A DNA stretch of 53,562 nt, filler included, from Stramenopiles sp. TOSAG23-6 (taxonomy: Eukaryota), in the NCBI GenBank assembly GCA_900128565.1. It is 3 parts of 3 records of this genome, joined end to end, with 100 filler letters (N's around TTAATTAATTAA, not from the genome) between each part and the next. Parts side by side here need not be neighbours in the genome. Positions count along the whole stretch, not along the records: positions 17,931 to 35,702 come from LT636074.1; positions 35,803 to 53,562 come from LT636075.1; 1 more part is not named here. The stretch is one strand, 5' to 3'. The notes below the pieces were generated by a model that had not been told where the DNA came from, did not search any database, and was given only the letters and a program-made list of their open reading frames with translations. The translations under genes and the position numbers were made by a program. Positions 32,401 through 44,594 of the stretch are shown here, in pieces. Position 1 is the first letter of the stretch, and the number at the start of each line of letters is the position of its first letter.

Positions 32401-34023
32401 GATGAAGTTCATTTTCTTTTATTTGATGAATTGAGACCAGATGAATCAACTAAAAGGGGACGTTTAGGCCGAAGTGATCAAACTCAAAGATATGAACGAC
32501 GTTTTCTGGGCTCTTTTTCATTGCCCTTTTCCACAATTTATTTAAATGGAAGAATTCGAGGAAATTTTAGACTTAATGCTCCGATATCAATGCTAGGCTA
32601 TGATCGTTATACTGGTCCAAATGCCATTACAGGTCTTCCAACGCCTGGCGGAGCTCCCACGTACTTGACTATCTTAGCAACTCTTGATCCTCCTGTAGCT
32701 GTTCCGCCAAATATATGGAAAGCTCCAATTCCATACATTCCAAATGACTTAGACTTATTAAAGCTTCATCAACATGCGATGTCTTGGAAGAAAAAGATAA
32801 CAAAACAATATCCAGTTATGAGCGATAGAGAGTTAGAGGTTCTTGTACCTGATTTGACAGGTCATGAACAATTAATTACAAGATATATTCGACCACAGGA
32901 ACCTCCACCTGCACTTGCAGGTAATGTAACCATGAGTAGAGTAGCAGAAATAGTTCGATTTGTGTCTGTTATTCCATTTCTTAATGATTGGCATGTTGAT
33001 GGAGATAAAAATGATATTTGGTGCACAAGTGAACAATTTTTAAATTTGCAAGCAGGGGATTGGGAAGAGCACGCAATACTTTTATGCAACTACTTTTTAT
33101 ATCTAGATAAAAAGGCGGGAAGGTCTGATGCTGATGCTAGAACTTATCTATTGCTCGGACATGGTGTACCTATGGGTGATTGTTGTATGGTTTTGCGTTA
33201 CACTTCTCATGATGAAATTCATGATGCTGATGCAAACTGGCGAGTCGACAATGACAAAGCAAATGCAAAGAAATCAGCAGTAAAAAAAAATAAAGAAACA
33301 GGAGGTCAAAATATAGATGAAGATAAATTACAAACTGCAACAGACATGATAAAACACGACGCAAAACTCCCTGTAATTTGGGATGCATGTTCTGGCAATT
33401 GTTATTCTCCATTGGACTTAAATTGCCCACTTGTCACAGTAGGATGCGTGGTTAACGCTAATAATGTTTGGGCAAATATTCAAACAAATGAAGAGCCGAA
33501 GCGGATGAATTGGAATCTAGATGACACAAAATGTTGGTCCGCTTGCTTTCAATCAGATGCTGCATCGAAAGTTAAATCATTGCAAAAAGAAAGATTAGAG
33601 TATACAAAAACACCTAGTACCTACACTGCGGAACTGGAAGCACAAATAGACCAAGAAATCCTACGAGCTATTCGTGGTTGGCGAAGAAATAGATTTACTA
33701 CAGATTTCAATCGCTCCGTTTCGCTAAAGCTTAAGGAACTTTTAAGACCTCTAGAAAATGTCAAATTAGGTCTGAATGAGTATGATATCGAACATCATGT
33801 GAATCAGTTAAAGCGATTGAATCATACATTTGACATATTTGGCTTTCCGATTAATGTAACATTTATAGAAATGAAGAAATTATTAGCTGCAGTGAAAAAT
33901 ACAGATATTCATGAAAATGAAATCAAAGGTGTTCAATTTGCTATTGCGTCTTTGGTGCAAAGTTATACAAATCATGTTTGTTCAGTATGGTTGTATATTG
34001 CCGCTTTAATTCCTGTGAGGTAA
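29484..34023 (+). CDS. CC2D2A: CC2D2A/MKS6 ciliary transition-zone protein (exons 29484-30152, 30244-34023)
   Basis: NPNDPRN, FEPRRRLKP, C2 domain (IVRAQNVPIR...GPAPIWNE...LFDE), GDWEEHAILLCNYF and NVWANIQ. One GT-AT intron at 30153-30243. Confidence 0.92.
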
Positions 34024-34106
34024 AAGGTTATTTTTGAATAAATTGTTTTCGTAGTACATTTTATACGTAACAAAACAAATTATATTTGTGTATACAATTT
34101 TATTTT

Positions 34107-35587
34107 TTAAATACCCAGTGTTTTGAAAGTTATGGGTGCAATAATTAGAATATAAAAGGGTATAAAATAATGGCTCGCAAACCTCAAAAAAGCAGGCGAA
34201 TTCAATAATTGGCCACTTATAGTTAATCTTTTGTCTATTGTGCGAGCTACACCTCCATTTTGTTTCACTTCAGCTTCAATTCGTTTTTCTCTAGCCTTTG
34301 CACTCAAAAACACAACAGAAAGACCAATAAGGCCCACTACCAGTCTACAACTTCGTTTGAAGTTAGATGTGGGTATTTTAAGTTTTAATAGTCGAGTTAT
34401 CTTCCCCAATATCCCGTTACTTTTTGAGTAAACACCCATCAAACTTACACAAAGTGATAGAGCCGATAAAACACCAGTCATCCCAAAATATGCCTTTGCA
34501 GGTTCATTTAATGGATCTAGTTCCCGAATTAATAAAATATTTTTGTCTTTACTTCTTTTCTGTGGGGACCCACCAGATGATGAAAATGCAAGTTTTCTCT
34601 TCATTTCAGAATTACTTTGTAATTTTACTTCATTTCCATCATTTGTTGTCAATATCTCAGTGGCATCATGATTAGTAAGTGAATATTTACTAAGACTTGC
34701 TCTTTTTGCCCACTGCTTAACTAACTCACTGTAATTACTAATTCTTGATGTCTCTCTAATGGCTCTCCTTTTAATTTTTAGTGATAATCCATACAAAGCT
34801 AAACTGGAGAATTGCAGAATCAAATATTGCTGCCACCGTGGCCGTGACCTCAAGAAGTACCTAATACGAGGAAGAAACTCAATATATAACGCAGCAAGAC
34901 TCAAACCAACACCTGCTCCAACACTGACATCACGTGGGTAGTGAACACCCTCGTACATGCGAGAAAAAGAAACCCAGAAGGCAAAAACATAAGGTGCTAG
35001 TAAAACATACCAACTAAGGAAAGCAGTCCTTCTAAGAGAAGAATTCAATCCAATGATACGTTTTTTTAGCTGTCCTGTTGAAGATTGAGAGAAGAAATGT
35101 GCTAAAGCCCAAATAATCTGGCTATGACTAGAAGGAAAAGAATATTCATGAGTCCAGTTACCTTTGTGTATAATTCGACTATCAACCCAGCTTGGCCTAG
35201 GAACACGAAAGAAAGACTTTAGTGTCCCATTGACTATTTCAGACACAGGGACAAGCCAAATACCATAAAGACACCTATAAGGGTTGAAACACCAATATAA
35301 GGCAGCAAAATAGGGTACAATAAGTTCATCTGCAAACATACTGGGTCAATAATAGTTGTTAAAAATGGATACATCCGTTGCATAGGAAGCATTATTGTAT
35401 CACGCTCCCATTTCAAGCCTCCTAGACGCCCAATACCACGCCCTCCAAGTTTCAATTCACTCAATAAAGTAGATAAAGCACAACCAATAATAAACGCAGC
35501 AAATTCACCTCGGGCAGGGACAAGATTCTCTTTCAGGAAACGACTAAATTCCTTTGGTGTCACTGGTTTAGAAAGAGTTTGCCCCAT
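34107..35587 (-). CDS. PAP2-superfamily (lipid/sphingosine phosphate) phosphatase, with an apparent frameshift near 35345
   Basis: K..F..PRP, EYSFPSSH and SRMYEGVHYPRDV catalytic motifs. The N-terminal ORF 35587-35234 is in a different frame. Confidence 0.8.
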
Positions 35588-35702
35588 ATTTGAAGAACGT
35601 CACAAAGATAGAATATATCTCCTTATCAGAATAATAAGGTTCGGCTCGATAGCTTCAATAATAATAATGATAGCGGTAAAATAAAGCTCTCTCGAAGAGA
35701 AA

Positions 35703-35802
35703 NNNNNNNNNNNNNNNNNNNNNNNNNNNNNNNNNNNNNNNNNNNNTTAATTAATTAANNNNNNNNNNNNNNNNNNNNNNNNNNNNNNNNNNNNNNNNNN
35801 NN
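35703..35802. other. Assembly gap with TTAATTAATTAA linker (35747-35758)
   Basis: Same spacer as at 17875. Confidence 0.9.
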
Positions 35803-35901
35803 TGGAAAAATATTTCAAAAAAAATCTAAAAAAAATTGTTAGGTACAAAATTTCGTATGAAAAAAAATGTAGACAAAAAATTAAAAAAAAATAAAACATA
35901 T

Positions 35902-36561
35902 ATCATTTTTTGACATTATGCAATCGCGTTTCGTTACCCATTGCCCCTCTTCATCCGAGTGAGCAGAGAAGTAAACATGCTCAACCACACCATTCTTTAC
36001 AATCACTGATATATGTTCTAAATCGCCTCCATGAAAGCCCTCATATATTAAGCCAAATAATATTTTGAATGCAGGGTTTGTAGAGAAAAGAAACGCGTAC
36101 ACAATTTGGTACGATTCATCATTATTTTCCATGGTTTTCACGTTTTTGCTTCCTAGCCGTGTTACAGTTGCATATATAGGTACGGCATTGAGTTCTTTGG
36201 CTGTTAGTTTTGGGCCTCTTGCAGTACCAAGTCGTTCGTCGCCAGGCCTTGGATTGATATATTCTAGATAACAGTTTGCTGAACGTTCGATAAACCCTGG
36301 TGAGCAGCACAATGATCTCGTTACAGTGCCTACACCGGCTAGTACTTCAGCACCAGCTCGTCGAGTATATGGACGTTTGAACCAACGCCCTCCAGTTTGT
36401 ACTATTTTACCTTTATATACAAGTTGACATCGACGTAAGTATTCGTCAATACTCATTGGGTAGTGTGGTTCATCAGGATGCATTTTTAATATAGGACAAA
36501 ACTTTTCTGCAATTTCCTGCTGCTTACTTTTAGAAGTGAACAAGTTACCAATGTTTGCCAT
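35902..36561 (-). CDS. Vps62-like protein, first exon (truncated by gap)
   Basis: FCPILKMHPDE..YP.SI..YL, GFHGGDLEHISV and YFSAH motifs. An AT-starting family intron begins at 35901. Confidence 0.65.
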
Positions 36562-37252
36562 TTCTATAGTAATTCTAAATAAAGGTTAAGCTATCTTGCA
36601 GATTGCGTAACTAAAATCTCCAATTCAATTTTCCGAGAAATTCATTTTCTGAAAACCATTCTTTTTTGTTGTGTATTATCAAACAGAGATATTAGCGAGA
36701 TATTACTAACTATTTTGATGTACTTTTGATGTAGGCTTTTCCCTTGGTGTGATAGATTGTTGTTAGGTACAAAATTTTCTATGAAAAAAATTGCTAAAAA
36801 AAATCTTGGAAGGCTTGGAAACAGAAATAATGATCCTCTCGTCGTACAATTGTTACATTACTTGAAGAAGCAATTTAAAAAAAAAATCCTTATAAAATGT
36901 TCACTATAAAATTATAAAATATAAATAATTGGAAAGAACAAGTCAAATTCAGCAAAACCGTACTGAAATTTTCACTATAAAATTATAAAATATAAATAAT
37001 TGGAAAATCTCTAAAAGTAAATTGTTTTTCAAGTACAAAAAAATGGTACGGAATCTCACAATGCGTTGGAAATTGGTGATTTTGGATTTTGATTCGTTAT
37101 ATTATTCTTTTATATGTACAGAGTGAATATATGTACAGAGTGAATAATAAAAATTGAAACTCATACGAGAAAGGTTACACAGAATTCACAAAGAATACGA
37201 AAGAATACTCACAGCTTTTCATACTTGTAACAAGGCTGAAAAATAAACCAAA

Positions 37253-37389
37253 TTATACAAACATTGATGAGATTGCTGACAAGGCGACAGCAGCAAATCC
37301 GACGCTGACATTTGTTGCAGCACCTTTGCATGTGTTAGTGCAAGCTTTTCCGTCTTTATCTTTCCAAGTATCAACAGCGTCAGCAATTT
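37253..37389 (-). pseudogene. Diverged duplicate of the 3' end of the adjacent surface-protein gene
   Basis: IADAVDTWKDKDGKACTNTCKGAATNVSVGFAAVALSAISSMFV versus IADIVEAYKDKDGKSCTNTCVGAATNVSV...; no own start codon. Confidence 0.7.
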
Positions 37390-37407
37390 CTTGAAAAATA
37401 AACCAAA

Positions 37408-37977
37408 TTATACAAACATTGATGAGATTGCTGACAAGGCGACAGCAGCAAATCCGACGCTGACATTTGTTGCAGCACCGACGCATGTGTTAGTGCAAGA
37501 TTTTCCGTCTTTATCTTTGTAAGCCTCAACAATGTCAGCAATGCCTTTTTTAAAAGAAGGACAACAAACGCCGTCATGGCATGCTGCGTAAGCTGCAGCT
37601 CCAGTACACGTAGTATCTTCGCTGCCAAAGATGACACTCAATTGACAGTTTTTTATTCCAGTCGTAATAGGACATGGGGTGCATTGGTTAGTGCATTGAA
37701 CTCCATTATCATCCACCTGTTTCGCGTCTTTGATAGCCGCTGTAACATTCGCTTTTCCACTTGCGTCGCAACAATCGCCATCATAACATTGTGCAACTTT
37801 TTTAGCATCCTCACAAGTCTTACCCGTAATTTTTGCCGCACACGTAGCAGCGTCGGTTTTGTCGGTTGTAGCACATACCCAACCTTCGCCAAATATATCC
37901 GAAAATTTTTGGGCATCAGTTTCAGCATTTGCACCAACAAGGGCAATAGCACCAATAATTGTTGAGAGAACTTTCAT
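37408..37977 (-). CDS. Secreted Cys-rich protein, probably GPI-anchored
   Basis: N-terminal signal peptide, two Cys-rich modules (CYDGDCC...CTNQC and CHDGVCC...CTNTC) and a hydrophobic C-terminal tail. Confidence 0.75.
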   Translation of the reverse strand: MKVLSTIIGAIALVGANAETDAQKFSDIFGEGWVCATTDKTDAATCAAKITGKTCEDAKKVAQCYDGDCCDASGKANVTAAIKDAKQVDDNGVQCTNQCTPCPITTGIKNCQLSVIFGSEDTTCTGAAAYAACHDGVCCPSFKKGIADIVEAYKDKDGKSCTNTCVGAATNVSVGFAAVALSAISSMFV

Positions 37978-38621
37978 TTTTATGTTTTACGTTTGTCTGT
38001 AATGTTTGTCAATATATTTAGAATGAATATATATGAGAAGAAGCTCGTGCAAGATATCCGCTTAGAATTGCAGCTCGAGAATTGTATATTCTAAAACGTT
38101 GGGGAAACAAAATAAAACAAATATGGAAAGTATTCCATACTCATGAATGCCACTAATGAAAGATGGAAACATGAATATAATGTGAAACACTAGATACATT
38201 CAAAACACATGGGACAAATTACTTTAACTTACCGTTATTGCTTCGATAAAAAACAGAGGAAATCTTTTTTATGACGAGAAATAACAGAAATAGGTAGTAC
38301 CGTAGGACCTACTGTATATCTTGTTTTTGAGCGTTTTATCACCAAAAATGAATCGATATAATACTAGTACCGGGTAACCAATCAAACTCGAGTTGAAATA
38401 TCGAAAATGCATCGAAAAAAATACAATTCGAAGAAGAAGCGCGATTTGTCGACGTCGACAGTCCACTCACACACACAGTCATATATTTTTTACATTTGCT
38501 ACACATTAACGAAGTTCACTACAGCAATACACCTTGTTGAATTTTGACATCACTATTACATATCAAAGTACTTAATAAAATAGTTGTATTGTATATAATA
38601 TTTTAATCCTTTTGATCAAAA

Positions 38622-39854
38622 ATGGCTTTCCGACTAAGCGCTGATCTCATTGAAAATTCAAGAACATTTTACAACTGTATTGGTGAACGTGAGTTAGACC
38701 TTAGAGGTCAAAAAATATTAGTAATTGAGAATATGGGTATTATAGATGACCAATTTTGTGCTATTGACTTTTGTGAGAATGATATCCAGAAACTTGGTAA
38801 TTTTCCAAGGATGAAACGTTTGCGGTCTCTCTACATATCGAATAATAACATTTCGAAAATTGACTTGACTATCGGAGACTCCCTTCTAGGGTTGGAATCA
38901 CTTCAACTTTCAAATAATAAGCTTGCAAACCTTGGAGACTTGGCTGCACTTGCATCTTTACGTAAATTACGCGAATTGAATCTCTTGAATAATCCAGTTG
39001 TGCGGCGGCCTGACTACAGGTTATTTGTGGTGCACTGCATTCCCCAGGTCACTCTATTGGATTTTCGTAAAGTGACAAGAAAGGAACGCCTTGCTGCGGC
39101 TGCTTTATTTTCTACAGAGGAAGGTGAAAAAATATTAGACGTTGTATCTTCTCCAAAAGAAAAGGATAAAAATACGTTTACTCCGATGAGCTTCAAAAAT
39201 GGTCCAACTCCTCAACAGCTACAAGCCTTGCAAGATGCTATTCAAAATGCAAAGACTCCTGCAGAAGTGGATAGATTAGAGCAAATGGTACGCCTGGGTG
39301 AATTTCCATCTCCCGAAAAAGACCATACTACAAATTCGGTCAATGGAGGAAATAAAAATACTGATAATACTGATAATACTGAAACATCCTCAACGACTCA
39401 GGCAGAGGGTTCAACAGGCAACAAACGGAAATTATCGGCTGAATCGAACGCAGAAGATCAAGTACTTGTGAAAAAAACGAAGACGTCACCTAAAAAGAGG
39501 TCTCCTCGTCGAAGTCCAAAGACGTCACCTAAAAAGAGTTCACCTCGTCGGAGTGCACGGAGTAGTCCAAAAAAAGCAAAATCTTCACCAAAAAAGACAT
39601 TATCAAAAGCAAGCTCTCCTCGTCGGAGTCCACGGAGTAGTCCAAAAAAAACGAATTCCTCACCCAAACAGAGTCTACGCAGTAGTCCAAGGAAAACGAA
39701 GTCATCAGCAAATGTTTCGGTCTCAGCGCGGAAGAAGGAACTTATGAAATTGAAGTCAAAAGAGTTAAAAGATCTTTGTCTTGAAGCGAATTTAGACAAT
39801 GTTGGAACGAAAGCAGTTTTGTGTAAGCGTATTATTCAATACGAAAGGTCATGA
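38622..39854 (+). CDS. SNRPA1: U2 snRNP A' with an SP/basic-rich tail and C-terminal SAP-like domain
   Basis: MAFRLSADLI...ERELDLRGQKI..IENMG...DQF..IDF..NDI LRR and LRRcap YRLFVV...LDFRKV..KER. Tail has SPRRSP repeats and LKSKELKDLC...GTKAVLCKRI. Confidence 0.9.
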   Translation: MAFRLSADLIENSRTFYNCIGERELDLRGQKILVIENMGIIDDQFCAIDFCENDIQKLGNFPRMKRLRSLYISNNNISKIDLTIGDSLLGLESLQLSNNKLANLGDLAALASLRKLRELNLLNNPVVRRPDYRLFVVHCIPQVTLLDFRKVTRKERLAAAALFSTEEGEKILDVVSSPKEKDKNTFTPMSFKNGPTPQQLQALQDAIQNAKTPAEVDRLEQMVRLGEFPSPEKDHTTNSVNGGNKNTDNTDNTETSSTTQAEGSTGNKRKLSAESNAEDQVLVKKTKTSPKKRSPRRSPKTSPKKSSPRRSARSSPKKAKSSPKKTLSKASSPRRSPRSSPKKTNSSPKQSLRSSPRKTKSSANVSVSARKKELMKLKSKELKDLCLEANLDNVGTKAVLCKRIIQYERS

Positions 39855-40293
39855 TGAGAGGAAAATTTGAAAAACTAGATATCGTTTTGTGGAAGTGCCG
39901 AATTGAATATGAAATTAAATTTTTTAAGAAAATAAATTATGTTTTGTGTAAAAATTTATGATTTACAACTTACTATAGTAAGTACCAGGTAACACATACG
40001 ATTTTTATGCTCTGACTTTTGTACCTCGAAAATACCCGGATTTCCCATTAGGTATCAAATTTTGTATGAAAAAATCTATAGCGGGTACATTTTAAACTTC
40101 AACTCGTGTTAACGGAAATAATATCACCGCTTCTTCCGCGCGAAAGAGTAGGCTTCACTCTATCCTTGCTTCTTCACACCAGAGCGAAAACTACCTTCAA
40201 GGTAAACGTGTGATCCTTACTAAGTATTGAACCAATTTTCCTATTTACCTAAAGTGTGGCTGTATCCCAAATAGCCCTATAAAACTGTTGTAG

Positions 40294-41988
40294 ATGAACA
40301 ATCATAGATGGCAAGATAGTGAACAGAGCCAAACCAAAAACAGTCTTAGTTCCGAAAGACGTTCCTCCACATCTACAACAACACTTCCTTCTCCGCAGAT
40401 GTATTCTCCACACCAACCTAGGCAGTCAAACTACTATCCTGCGCAACATGCTCACCAATGGTCCGGGCAAATACAAAACGGGGTTGATCATTCCTTTAAT
40501 CAGCAACATACATCAATTTACCCCGTAAATGTTCCTCAACAACAAGTAAGTGCCGGAATGTACTCAGCCAACGAAAATGGGTTTCAAATGTACACGAATG
40601 AAACCCCACTTCAGACAGCTGCTACTCACCAAATACCCGGTATACAAAATCATGTCCCAATATCCTATATACGCCAGCCTCCCAACATACATCAGCCTCC
40701 CGAACCCTTCCCTATTGCCGCGCCTCAATCAGTTCAGCCAGTTCCTCAATCAGGACAGATTGGAGGCGTTCCTGTTTTTCCTCCTTATAATCCGACTCCA
40801 AGCCCGCCACTTGTAACACCTACTATTAGCTCCCTATACACGAATAATCCAAATAATAATGAAACATTTTCAAACGCAGCTCTTGGTAATTATATTGCTG
40901 AATTTAGTCGATCTGCTGGAGTTCCATATGGTGCTGCTGCCATTAGCCAAAATAATGTTGTACATACTCGACACCCAACCAGAAATGTAAGAAATTCGGT
41001 AAATGTTCCAAAAAGTTCTCATCATGCAATCAATCCGATGATACCGAATACGTCTCATCATAAAACCAATACGGCGATGCCAAATATGCCAAATATGCAG
41101 AAGCAAAAAAAAATGAATAACAGTTACCATACTCACACGAATAGGAGTATGTTTTTTTTTTTTTCAAATTCTAATTTTTTTTCGTACGAAATTTTGTACC
41201 TAACAAATTTTGAAATTGTTTTTGAAATATTTTCGCAAAGTATATGAACGTCACCGATTGATGTGACCCGCCCAAATTCTGGTGGAAACAAGAAAACGTC
41301 TCAAAGCAATGGCTTAGCTGCACCTGGCGTTGTAACAAAAGTTATTCTTGTTGCTGGATTAAAACCTGGAATATTTGATACAGGTAAGGCAGCCACAGCA
41401 GATAATTTAGCAGTCTTGCTAGGAGTATACGGAGATGTCATGAAGATTAAAAAGTTGAAACGATCTAGTGCAAGCCGTCGTGGCGAGGAACAAGCGCTTG
41501 TTGAAATGGATATGATCCATCAAGCTTGTTCTGCGCGCGAGTTTCTAAATGGCTTCCTGGGTTTAGACTTACGTGCATCACGCCAATTATTGGTAAAAGA
41601 TAGAGCCGCATCCAATTTTTTTAATTCTATTTTTCATAGACACCGAGGGGACTGTGGACCAAAATATATAGCTTATTTGTGCGCTCCATCGAATCGACTT
41701 CACATATCAAATATACCAAATGGTATCTCTTTAAGTGAATTAAGTTTGTTATGTGCGCAACGTGGAAAAGTTATGCGGTTGAAACTCCTCCCTCCGATGT
41801 TTCCAACGGCAGCTAATGGCATAATCACCAATGATGCTTTAGTGGAGTTTAGCACTGAAGCTGATGCTGCGCGGGTGATGGTTCATCTTCAAGGATATGG
41901 TGCGCAGGTTATGAAATGTAATCAAATGAACATTCAAAATCAGGGTCTTGACCTTCGATTTGCTGCTGCAACCACTACCTTTGACTGA
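40294..41988 (+). CDS. PTB/hnRNP L-like two-RRM protein with a Q/P/N-rich N-terminus (exons 40294-41146, 41246-41988)
   Basis: LLGVYGDVMKIK...QALVEM...FLNG and APSNRLHISNIP...ALVEF resemble PTB RRM3-4. GT-AT intron at 41147-41245. Confidence 0.75.
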
Positions 41989-42198
41989 CTGTTCTACAAT
42001 CTAGATGTAGAAAAAATATAGAAGAATTAGAAAATTTAATTTTGAATATGATATCCAGACATTTTTAGTGTCTAATATTTAAGATATTTAAGATATTGAG
42101 TTGTATGTGTTCATTGTGTGTGTGTGTGTGTGTTAAATTTATCTATTCACAGTAATAAAAATATTTAGTTATCCAGAGTGACGTCATGTAGTTTTTTA

Positions 42199-42218
42199 GT
42201 TAGGGTTAGGGTTAGGGT
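42199..42218 (+). repeat. Interstitial (TTAGGG)3 telomere-type repeat
   Basis: gttagggttagggttagggt. Confidence 0.8.
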
Positions 42219-42374
42219 GTACATATTGTATTCTAGCTAGTAGAGACTATTTCGTTTATTTTTTTACACAAATGAAAATTTTTACTGTATAATTACAAAT
42301 ATAATTAATGTATTGTTTTTTTTAGAAAATGTATTTTTATTTTTTTTATTTTGATTATTCTCAGATTCTGTATT

Positions 42375-42851
42375 TTATAAATGTAGTGATGTAAGTTGTT
42401 TTAAAAAAGGCATGTCAAAAAGATCATTCAAGTAAATTTTGTCACCTTTCGCCAATTCTTTTTCCAATTCGTTGTAATCCTCCAATTTCATCTTTACACC
42501 CATTTCTGTCATGATACGTCTAAATTGTTGTTTTTTCATGAATGGGTTTTTATCCATTGGGTCGCAAAATGAACAAAACATTTGCTTTAAAGCCTCCGTT
42601 GGATTCGATTGTTCTATAAATGGACCTGATACGTCGCTATAAAATGTGTCCTCATTGGTTGCTGTATAGAAAAGAATATAGTAAAATTATCGGATCTAGT
42701 TAATACGTGTCTTGTTTGCAATTTATAATGGAAATAATTCTTCATAAGGACAAATAAGGATATTGTCGTAGTACAACTTTGACGAAACAATAGATACAAT
42801 TCGGATATGAAAAAACGTACCCATTAAATCTTTGAGGTATTCTTCAAATAT
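42375..42851 (-). CDS. Small EF-hand/calmodulin-like protein, partial (exons ~42851-42821, 42661-42375)
   Basis: EALKQMF..FCD...FRRIMTEMGVKM...GDKIYLNDL. Canonical GT-AG intron at 42820-42662. Start not resolved. Confidence 0.45.
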
Positions 42852-43247
42852 CTATCGTTGCTACGAATCTTTATGAATATTGAAAAATGTATATTTATGC
42901 TTCTGTTGCTTGCAATGTATTGATTGAAACTGTGTGAAGATCTTTGTAATGGTGACTTCAACTATACAAATCAAATATTATAATACTACTATATAGAAGA
43001 ACAACAAACAACGAATTTCAATTCCGTTTTTTTAGTACTTGACGGTTAAAAAAAGTGGAAAAAAAAAAGTGTTGCCGTTAAAAAAAAAAAATTGAAATAT
43101 AATTTTATTTTTTTATTTTTTAGGGTTAATAAATATATAACATTTTACACTGTACCAATACATGAAGATCATAGTATACTTTCTTCATTTTTTAAACATT
43201 GTGATTTAGATTGAGATTGGTACACCACGAATTTCATCACGAAAATT

Positions 43248-44594
43248 TCATTTAACTTTGACTTGATTAAATTCAGGTGCATACTTTAATTTGTTCTTGT
43301 GTCTTTTTCCCTTTATATGTTCTGAAAACTGCATCATACTATTGAACTCCAAATCACACACTTGACATTTAGGTTTAGTTTCTCGTTTTTTATTAGCGTT
43401 CGAAATTAAACTTTGTTTAAATTTAGGGTTAGGACTTGAGTATCTTGAGTATCTTGAGTTAGGGTTAGGGTTAGTCGTAGTTCTCATTTTATGTTTGCCT
43501 TTTATACTTAGATCTGCTTTTTTTGTTGCTGAATTAGCTGAATTACTTGGATTCGTTTTATCGTTAATATTTTGTAACAGTTCCAAATCAGTGATTGGCG
43601 TTCCATGATTTACCTCACTTGGAACATCAATCACAGCCTCCCACAATTTTATACCAATGAAAGCGTCATATGCAGCATAAAAGATCATCTTGTCAGTGTA
43701 ATGTTCCATTTCCCAATTTTTCATTTGTTGTTTTTTTGACAAATTGTAACTTAAAATAGAGGCGGTTGCGTAGCGTAATCCACAGCGATTTAATTGAGGC
43801 CATCTAATTCTTATCATATCTTCTAGGTCTATAAAAGATCCGCTCGTACAAAATCCAGGAAAACGTTTTTTCATTTGTACTTCATCTTGGGATATGCCTA
43901 CACCAACTTTCATAATATCTGGATTTCCGATAATATTCAACAGTGTACGTATCTGTTTGGAAGCTCTGAGATAATATGGTTCGGAGACTCGAAAGACATA
44001 GGCTGTTTTCAAAGTAGAGAGTTGTATTAACGAGATTAAATTACTCTGACCTCCCTTATGAAATTTCGGTTTTGTTTCAGTATCGAACCCTAAAACCATT
44101 ATTGGTTCCTTTTTCGGTTTGTTTGTTCTACTGTAGAAACCACACAAACAATCACCGCCCTCAATTTCTTTCTGTAATGTATTGAGAGCTATGTTATATG
44201 TATCTGCTGTATCTGCGAACATTACGTTGAGATGTCTCGGTGTAAACAGTGGAAGGTCCTTCACGGCGTCCTTTTCAACGTCACGTAGATAAGGATCTAT
44301 TGGACCTAACAACGTATGCCGAGCAGGAGTAAAACCCCCAAGTTTAAAACCATCATCATATATCTCTTCAATCTTGTTTACATGAGAATCTCTGAACATT
44401 TTTAGTACATCGACAGACCAATTTCCCGCACCAATACCAACTTCTTTCTTTAATGAGGTTTTCACAAGTTTTGTTTTACGTATCCATTTTTCCCATGGAT
44501 TAGAAAATGTATATGCATATATTAACAAACTGTCTCTGTGGCAAGACATATTTGCCCTCAAAAATGGAGGTAGTGGGGACATTTTAGAGGACAT
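43248..44594 (-). CDS. WRN/EXD2-type DEDDy 3'-5' exonuclease with C-terminal matrin/U1-type zinc finger
   Basis: LGFDTE (ExoI), KVGVGISQD (ExoII), YAAYDA (ExoIII) and CQVC...HIKGKRH. Confidence 0.87.
   Translation of the reverse strand: MSSKMSPLPPFLRANMSCHRDSLLIYAYTFSNPWEKWIRKTKLVKTSLKKEVGIGAGNWSVDVLKMFRDSHVNKIEEIYDDGFKLGGFTPARHTLLGPIDPYLRDVEKDAVKDLPLFTPRHLNVMFADTADTYNIALNTLQKEIEGGDCLCGFYSRTNKPKKEPIMVLGFDTETKPKFHKGGQSNLISLIQLSTLKTAYVFRVSEPYYLRASKQIRTLLNIIGNPDIMKVGVGISQDEVQMKKRFPGFCTSGSFIDLEDMIRIRWPQLNRCGLRYATASILSYNLSKKQQMKNWEMEHYTDKMIFYAAYDAFIGIKLWEAVIDVPSEVNHGTPITDLELLQNINDKTNPSNSANSATKKADLSIKGKHKMRTTTNPNPNSRYSRYSSPNPKFKQSLISNANKKRETKPKCQVCDLEFNSMMQFSEHIKGKRHKNKLKYAPEFNQVKVK

Noticed and set aside
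36900-37005. 36-bp intergenic direct repeat as element termini
   Set aside because: It is an AT-rich local duplication with no coding capacity, target-site duplication or further copies.
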